Below are positions 55,706-64,000 of a DNA stretch of 64,000 bases, piece after piece. This DNA comes from the human T2T-CHM13v2.0 reference genome, Homo sapiens: assembly GCF_009914755.1 (NCBI RefSeq), contig NC_060935.1; one strand, written 5' to 3'. Made by a program: the position numbers and the translations under genes. Under the pieces are notes generated by a model. The model made no database searches. It had not been told where the DNA came from and was given only the letters and a program-made list of their open reading frames with translations. The stretch's first letter is position 1. Each line of letters begins with the position of its first letter.

Positions 55706-57631
55706 TTTCCTTCCTGATCTATGTAACCGTAGAGCAGCCTTTTGAGGTAGGAGACAGGTGGTATTATCTTTTTGTGTGTTAGAGGTGAGAAAGCTGTGGC
55801 CCATGGAGTTGAGGAGTGTGCCCAAGGTTATCTAACTATCCGACAACAGGTTTCCCACACAAATTCCACATGATGTCATTCTTGTTTTCATTTTTGTCTT
55901 TCCTTGTAGGACTTTTTTTTTTTTCATCGAGCCTGCAGAAGGGGCCTGTCTTGCCTTCACAAGGAGGAGATGGTTGCAGGAAAGTAGGAGGTGAAAGGTG
56001 TCCTCCAAGTCTCCTCCCCCAGATCAGTCGGACCTCCTGGCCTCCTTTGGTTTTCCCTCTAGGGCAGAAGCGGTGCTGGCTGGAGGGGGTCCAGGTGCTG
56101 TTTGTTGCAGGAGCGCCATCTTGCTTTAGACCTTTTTCATTTCAGACAGCTAGAGGAGGTCTTTTACGGTCCTACTTGACCCCCATAAAGGAAGTTCACT
56201 CCACAATACGCATCTCTTTTCACATGAAGAGGCAACAGAGGGAACAAAAGGAGCAAAGCAGCCTTCTCCTGAAGAGGTGAAAATATCACTGCCTTTTGGA
56301 GCCAGATCTGGGTTTGCACACTCCAACTCTTGGAGTGATGTGTCCTTATTTGTAAAAGGAGAGTTCTGGAGTACATTGGGAAGCAAGTCATCAGTCATAT
56401 CCACAGCCTCCTGCTCCTGTTAAATGTGTCCTCCTAGATGGAAAGGTTGGAACAAGCTGTGCCCCATAGGTTCTGCCATTTTTAGGATCTTTCTGGCACT
56501 GAGACTTTTGCTTCTGTGATCTCTCATTGGAATCCATTTCTTTTGCCCAGGCGTGGATAATGCTTTTGTCTAATGCCAGCTCTGCCCCATCTGGTCTTAA
56601 AACGAGGTGAATCTGCTGCTCTGTATTGAAATATGTGATCTAGAAGGAGCCATAAAATAGGAACCTTAATAACTCTTTCTCTCTGTTTCATTATCCATGC
56701 AGTTTTCCTGGCAGTTGTCCATTCCGGCCTCATTCCCACCTCTGGGACATGTCAAGTTATTGAGGTGGTACTGGCTGTGGGTGACTATAGATCTGGGCCA
56801 GCCTGTTCAACTGGGTCTTCTGGGGTTGGTCCTGGGTAGAGCTGGGTGGATGTAGTCTAAAACAGAGAAGGTAGTGAGGCCCTTCACATCCATTTTAAGG
56901 AAGCTGAGTATTGTTGTTGAGAGTGGCCCTGGCATTGTCTTCATCAAGAATGGGGTTAGGGATCTGGCTGCAGTGACACTGGTGAGGTGAGAGGTTGAAG
57001 GGATGGTCAGACATTACTGTCTCTTGAGCGAGGTTCTGAAAGTCTATTCCTTGGAGACTTTCACAAACTGGAGGGAGACCCTGTGTGTCCTTGGCTGAAA
57101 CTAGAGGCCCAGGTCACATGACCTTGGGAGAGAAGCCACTCATGGCCTGAGGACCCAGTGAGCTCCTTGACCTACGAGGGGCCATCCTGATTTCTCCACT
57201 TCCCAGTCAACTCTAGAATGGAGTCTCTGCCTGACGAAATTGTGGTTATTTTGAAATCAGCTTGTCATGTTCCTTGATTGTTTTGGGTGTAATAGTCTCT
57301 TCTCTGCAGCAGGTTGTAAGCATCTTGAAGGCCAGGACCTTGTCCTTTCTTCTTTCATTGGAGCAGAGGTTAGGGAATGCTGGCTTCTGGACCCAGCCTT
57401 GGACCCCAGGGTTAGCACTCCCTGGCTCTTGCAGTTCCCCCTTGCCCCCCAACTCCACTATTCCCCTGGATCACAGAGCTTGGTGACAGCAGTGTAGCCC
57501 CTTCATCTCAGCGTGATGGTGGGAGGGGGTCGTATGCATTTTCAAAGCCTTTCCTGTGTGATGTGCCCTCCTGGTGCAGCTTCTCTCATGAGAATCCCCA
57601 GCCTAGACGTCTCTTCTCTTCCACTGCAGAT

Positions 57632-57810
57632 CAAGGGTTCTCATAGTGACCTGCTGAGCCACGTGCATTGGACTCCCATGGTGTGCGTGTGAAAATTCCT
57701 CAGCCCACACGGATGGGCCAGAATCAGAATTCCTGGAGTGGGAGCAGAACTCTGTATTAAATAAGCCCCCTCAGATAATTCCAATGTACACTAAAGTTAG
57801 AGAACCACTG
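57632..57810. mobile_element. MER5A/B hAT-Charlie MITE
   Basis: CAAGGGTTCTCA...GAATCAGAATTCCTGGAGTGGG...TAAATAAGCCCCCTCAGATAATTCC...AAGTTAGAGAACCACTG. Confidence 0.78.
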
Positions 57811-58754
57811 TAATGGTCTGATGTCCCTCACACTCCCCACCCCAGTACACACACACACATGCATGCATACACACATACACACTCTGTTAAATGGCTGCTT
57901 CTGCTGTTGCTAAGAATACTTTGCTTTTCAGGTGCTTGTGGATGGGTAGGAGGCAGTGCCTGATTTTGAGCTCTTGACTAGGAATTGCGTCAATAGTTAG
58001 AGGAGGGAAGGATCAGAAAGGGGACCTCAGAATGGGGTTATTTAGGGGCTGGGGAGTCAGAAGAACTCAGAAAGGGGCCTACTGCATTGCTGGTGAAGCC
58101 TGAATCTTCCATCCACTGTTAGCACATGGCTATGCAGACTCTGATTCCCATCTGATGCCATATGTGCTTCCTCCACAGTCCGGGAGAGGAGCTTTGGGTC
58201 ATGTGATTAGCCTTTTGCCCTGGACAGCGCAGCTAAGCTCAGCACATGTCTTGGGATGGAGCTGCAGAATCTTGGTGCCGTCTCCCCCTTGGAAGGCTAG
58301 AGTCTTGGCACTGAGAGGAAGTCCTTCCTCCATCCCCAGCCTCCTGACTCCATTGCTAGCGACTCCCAGCAAGTTAAGAAAGATTCAGTGGGAAGGGTAT
58401 AGGGCTGGGAGTTGTCTGGATCTAAGCCTTTCTTGCTCAGTTTGATAGACTTTGGAAAATCTCTGTCTCTCTGGGAACTCAGTCTCGTCTGGTCCCTGGC
58501 TTTAGCACAGTGTGTCCACCATTGCAGCCATGGGCGAGAAGCCACTAGAGCTATGTCTCTTCCTTAGGAGAGCCTGGGGGGGATCCCAAGGTGTTGGTGG
58601 TTTGGAAGGGCAGTGACCCTGCATGACCAGGATCCATTTGCCCAGGCACCTGCTCTCTGCCAGCCTGAACACCCGGGAGCACCTCCCGGATACGACAGCC
58701 ACCCACTACTTCTGCATGGCCGTGGCCACATGGGCACAGTGGGGTGAAGTGAAG

Positions 58755-58990
58755 ATCTCAGACTCTGGAGTCAGACAGTCTGGGGTTTGAATCCGAGCTC
58801 CAACACTTCTAGCTGTAGGATCTTAGGCAAATTGCTTAAACATCTGACCTTTAGTTTTTTTCACCTGCGAAATGGCGGGTAAAAACTGCGACTAGCTCCT
58901 AGGGTGTGTTATGGGATGCAGTGAGGTGAAGCCAATAAAACCCTTATTAGCACCTGGCACACAGTAAGCACTTCATGAGGGTTAGCTGTG
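58755..58990 (+). mobile_element. MIR, near full length
   Basis: AGACTCTGGAGTCAGACAG...TTTGAATCCGAGCTCC...TAGGCAAATTGCTTAA...CCTGGCACACAGTAAGCACT. Confidence 0.87.
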
Positions 58991-61469
58991 CTTTTTGTTC
59001 CTGGGTGTGTTTGGAGGAGACTTGTAATCTTGTAAAGTGAAGTTCAGGTCCTCAGAGACAAGTGGTGTCTGGCTGTGGGTTCTGGCCATTGAAGGCCTGG
59101 GTGGTTTAGAAGGGTTTTAAGTTAGTGCCTTCCCTAGAGGTGGGCACACGTCTGTCACCTGCCCCTGATGTGCTATTTATCCTGCCAAGCCCTGGGGCAC
59201 TGAAGCAGCCCAGAGGCGGCTACTGCAAACACCAGGGAGAGATAGAGTCTCCAAGACCCCAAATAGAGTTTGCAGGACCTCTTGAGCTCTGGAGCAAGAA
59301 GGAAAGGGACAGAGACAGGCCCCAGTGTCAGTGGCGGGTTGGGAGGGAGCAGAGCACAGCTCCCCATGTGCGTTCAGGTGCCCAGAATCTGTTTGGCCAC
59401 TTTCATCTGGGTCTGCGTGGGTGGGGGCGTGTGGTAGCCCAGAACCCACTTGGCACCAGGTACAATTTTGTCTTCAGCTCCAGTGGCTACTTTTCTCTCC
59501 TTTGCTTCACTTTGAAAATAGTCAGCAAAATCCTTATTTCCATAAGCATTTTTCTGGCTGTAAAAAGCTGAATCCCAAACCTGTTATTATAGCTGTTCAT
59601 GCTATTTTAATCTGCTCTGTTTAGAGGTGAGAGGGTAGCAGTGACTCTGCAATTACTGAGTACATTTGATCCGTGGCGCAGCCACCGGAGCCGGCAGAGA
59701 ACCCTTGGAGTAGGATGGTGTCGTGTGTGGCAAATCACTTTCAAATTTACTAAAACGATGCCCCTTTGCAGCCATGCAGATATCATAATTTTCCTCCCCA
59801 AGGCTTGTTGAAATGCCCATTTGCTTCCTGCCTTACGCAGGCTCCCAGCACGCGCCCCTTGGCCCACCTGCCTATTGCCTTTCATTCTTTGTCTTGGCCA
59901 GATTCTGTCTGGTCTCTCTTGCCCTCCGCCCCTTTTTCTTCTTCCTCCCTCTTCATTTCCTGCTCAGAAATATTTTATATTCTACTAACTGGCATGCTTG
60001 TGAAACCATTTTCCATTTGCCATGGTCAGAAGAAAAATAGTTAGCATTTTAAATCTACCAACTATTTCACATTTAAACAAGCTGGCAAGCCGCAATGACG
60101 CTGCGCCTCCTACATACAGTAATTGTTGCATCCCTAGGCTCCCTTTTCTATCTCTGTTCCTATTTCATTCATTTTTCTATTTGCAGCCAGCACAGAATAT
60201 GGGCTTCTCCCCCCTCCTTCTCTCCTGCGGCCCGCTTTCTATCCAGTGACCTTGGCTTCTCTGAGTGCCGCACCGTAAATGAAATGTGGCATTGCCACAT
60301 GTATCTTGATAAAATATATCAGTGGATGAATTGATTTTCATATTGATTTCCTTGGATGAGCAAGGTGTGTGTGGAAATCAAGTGTCTCTTAATGATAGTC
60401 CTAGAGAGAGACAGGATGCCCAGGGAGGAGCAGGCTTTGTTTTTCTTTCACTTACGAAAAGTTTCTGCTTGTTAGCTTGGGAGGGAGGCCTGTTTGCTTT
60501 GAAGGCACACTCTCTTTCTGGGGGTAAACAGCAAATGTCCCAAGGGTGTGTCCTGATCCCTGAGAAGACTGCATCATCCAGGTGACCGCCTAGAGCCTTA
60601 GGGAATGTATCCCTCTGGACTCCGCCAGCTGCATTGTCTTTGGAGAGAGCTGAAAAACTCTCAAGGCATGTTGGAGGCCCTTGTGCACCCTGCAGGGTGG
60701 AGGGTCTTGGCTGGAGAGTGGCCTTCTCCCTGGCCACTTCCACTTTCATATTTCAGGTTAGTTGAGACGTGGCACTTATGAATCTAGGACTGATGCTGTG
60801 CCCCAAGGGCATGACTGTGTATAATTCATAAGTGTCAGCATCGATGGCTGGCTGTGTATGGGCATGTGTGCTTGCGAGCACACGCATCTACAAATATGTA
60901 TGAGCTTTGTATATGGGTTGGCTATGAATGTGGGTAGGCAGCAGTCCCTAGGCTTGCAGTGGCTTTTATTAGCGAGCTCTGGACAACCAAAAAGACAGCA
61001 TCCAGTGAGGTGATCAAAACTTCATTTCATCTCCTCTGCAGTTGCTTTCCCAATTCACTCTCCCAACTGCTCCTAAATAAAATAGATGCTTTCAGCTGAG
61101 AGTTGAATTTCTTTATGAGGCTAAGTAAGCGTGGCTTAAGGTGATACTGTGCATGTGTGTGTATGCGCATGTAAAGAAAATGAAACAGTTAACTGGAATA
61201 TTCAGGATAGAGCGATGATAATTCATTACATTTTCTGGCTAACTGAGGCTTAACTGGAAAATCCTTTTAGTTCAAGCACTGCTGAAATGCTTTGCAAAAC
61301 AGACTAGGATATTTTCCTGCTTTTGTAAGTAGAAGGTAGTGAGGTAATTGCATCCTTTGATGTTTCATGATCTTGCAGCACACGAGGGCCGGTATTTTGG
61401 TTATCATTTGTGATTGCACAGTGGCATACAGGAGATGGAGAACTAGCTTGGATTCATGTTTACCCTTTG

Positions 61470-61703
61470 ATGGTGGTTCTCAATGGGGGACAATTTCGTC
61501 CTCCAGGGCACATTTGGCAGTGCCTGAGACATGTTTGCTTGTCACAACCTAAGAGGTTGTTTACTGATGTGTAGTGGGTAGAGGCTGGGGCTGTTTCTGA
61601 ATTTCCTATCGTGAACAGGACAGTCTCCTTCTCCTGCTCCCCCACCCCACTACAAAGAATTATTTGGTCCAAAATGCCAATAGTGCTGAGGCTGAGAAAC
61701 CCT
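61470..61703. mobile_element. MER20 hAT-Charlie MITE
   Basis: GTGGTTCTCAATGGGGGACAATTT...ACATTTGGCAGTGCCTGAGACA...CAAAGAATTATTTGGTCCAAAATGCCAATAGTGCTGAGGCTGAGAAACCCT. Confidence 0.9.
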
Positions 61704-62819
61704 TTCAAAATTTTTGTCCCAAAATTTTTACTAAATTCTTGCACATAAAATCTTTTGTTTTCTCTGTTTTTTTCTTTTTAAGGGTCAGGTGCTGGAAACG
61801 TTCTGAATAATTGAAACTTCGAATTCATTGACGTTTATTGTTCCACAGAACAAATAGGGAAGCCTGCCAGTTTGCAGATAGGCAGGCCTGTCCCCAGATG
61901 GCCCTCCAGTGAATGCCCAAATTCATTCAGTTATTTAGGGCCATTAAAAACCATGAGGGCCACACTAGCTTTAAGTTGAGCTAGGCAGAATAAACAATCC
62001 GAGAGGGGGGACATAGCTCCCCCCCTTTTTTTCATTGCAGTTCAAACTAAAATGCTCAGAGACTTCCGGTAGCACTTTCTAATGATGCAGGGTTTATTCT
62101 GCTTACCGCGGGTCAGAGACAATCTGACGATGACAGACTTAGAACTGCTTTCAGAATGTGTAAACATGTTCATTGGTTTGAATGGCTCTAAGTGAGTCTT
62201 CGGCAGAATCTGTCTGGTTTTGGTATGATATATGTATCTTGGGGAAAATGGGGAGATTTTGCATGCTCTGTATCTTTGACTTTCTTTGAGAAAATACTTG
62301 GGAGTCAATGAGTTCACATACCAAAAAAGCCTTATGCAGAATCTAACTGGGTGTGTGTGAAAGGGGGAGCGGCAGAAGTTAGGAAGACTGAAGGACCTCC
62401 TTTATGACAGTAAAAAAAAAATCTTTTAAACTTAATTTCAAATGAAACTTTAATGTCAAATGTTCTGGAACTGTCACACATCATTTTGTTAACCTATACC
62501 TATTAGGTATAGGTATAGGTCTAGAATGCTGTACAAGACGGGTTAAATGAAGTCTGTGTGTGTCTGGTGAATGCATATGAGTAGTTAGAGATACACCATT
62601 CAATACTTGATTTATTTGTGCAGGTTACCTATCATGGTAACCTCTGGCAGGGGCTCATTATTTCATATAAACTAAAAAGGAAAAAACTATGCCTGCAAGA
62701 CTGATTGATTTTCTGAATCACTCACAAAGGGCAGCCATGCAGCCCAAACACACTTCATCTCTCAAGTTTTATTTTAGCCTTTTGCCTTACAATGTCTGTC
62801 AGTAGGGACAATGGTAGCA

Positions 62820-63000
62820 CCAGAGGCCTGGGGGTAGAGTCGGAGGGATGAAGTTCCGCTGCCCTCTAGCTGTGTGACCTTAGACAAGTTGCTTACCCTC
62901 CCTGAGCCTCCATCCTGCCCCCTCGCAAGCTTGTTTTCAGGATAAAGGGATGGGAAAGCCCTGTGTAAATTGCCAAAAGCTGAGTAAATATAAAGTGCTC
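62820..63000 (+). mobile_element. MIR fragment
   Basis: CTAGCTGTGTGACCTTAGACAAGTTGCTTACCCTCCCTGAGCCTC. Confidence 0.75.
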
Positions 63001-64000
63001 TGGATATTGTTCCATTGTTAAGCAACGGCAATACCATTTATAAATCAGGTTTTGAGTCCATCTCGAGCATTGTTCATGAGAGGGGCCGGAGCCTCCCGGC
63101 AGGCACTCCTTTAAGAGCTGTTATCACGGATTACTCCATCTGCTGCTTGCTAGCCGAAATGCTAAATGGAGTTGTGGGTGTACCTGGGGTCTTTCTTGTT
63201 ACAGTATAGACTCTGAGGGGGTCTAGATGTGTCTCCCCTCCTTTCTCTGAGATAGAAGTGTATTTATAGCCTGGTGTAAGTACAATCAGAAGGTTCCTAT
63301 AAAACTCTGTTATTACTGCAGTACAAAGTTAGAAATGCTTGAGGTTTCGGCTTCTTGGCTCTTCCATGCGGCAATGAATATTTTATGGGAAAGGAAATAC
63401 TTAGTGTCTGACTCTTTTTATAGTGCAGCTACTCACAGTGCTGGTAACCTTCCAAATCTCGCCAAAATCAAAATTGCTGCCTGTCCATCTCTCTACTCCC
63501 TTCTTCACAAAATTGACTGGTGTCCTGCCTCGCTGAGGTGTCCAGATTCTCTTGGTGGACGGGTCCATTTACAAAATGTGGGGGGTGCAGTTTTCAATCC
63601 TAGTGAATGCCCTAAACCAGAGGCGTTGGCTCCTCCCCAGCCCTGCCCCACCCCTGGCACCTTGTGGTGCTGGTCAGCCCCAGCAGGGCCTGCTGGCAGA
63701 GTGCCCACTGGATCTTCCATTGAAGGTCTCCATCTGCCTTTTCTGCCATGCCCCTTTTCTGCATGCCCACTAGCCGCTGAGTGGAGGTGGCCCAACCTCT
63801 CCAAAGTTCACTCTGATCTTGGAATTCAAAAAGCAACAGGTGAGTTTGAGGTCCAACAGGCCCCTGAGGGGCTTTTAAATTTTAAGGCTTGAGCTTCGGC
63901 TGAAGCCCTGGCACAGAGCAGTCATCGGGCTGGTAAGATTTCCCTCTCAGGTCCTCTTCCTGTGGTCCCTTTAGTGACCCCACGCATAAGGCAGGAAAAT

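Noticed and set aside
58214-58232. REST/RE1 site (GGACAGCGC)
   Set aside because: Right half-site only; the TTCAGCACC half is absent
63335-63892. 185-aa ORF
   Set aside because: No recognisable motif; length is compatible with chance in GC-rich DNA; cannot be supported without PhyloCSF or Ribo-seq

Overview
Human genomic DNA. An AluYb8 with its diagnostic 7-bp duplication points to a human-lineage insertion. The window is almost certainly non-coding and looks like the inside of a long intron. The + strand appears T- and G-rich by eye, consistent with a host gene transcribed on +, but I cannot name that gene. It holds 16 Alus, many MIR and L2 remnants, L1M fragments, nested MLT1 LTRs, DNA-transposon fossils (MER46C-like, MADE1, MER63, MER5, MER20), microsatellites and several repeat-free, CpG- or homeodomain-motif-rich segments that look like enhancers. 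None of the ORFs in the track is supportable as protein-coding. I found no prokaryote-type system, CRISPR array, tRNA or rRNA. The best leads are: (1) a compact splicing module at 32.70-32.89 kb, with a 19-nt microexon-like unit followed by a polypyrimidine-CAG|GTAAGT recursive-splice-like site; (2) a 147-bp local duplication whose mismatches all fall in one half; (3) an Alu with an internal 60-bp duplication joined by a fold-back palindrome; (4) a MADE1 hairpin of the miR-548 type. All are hypotheses from reading the sequence by eye. Repeat subfamily calls come from remembered consensus sequences, and boundaries of old repeats are approximate.
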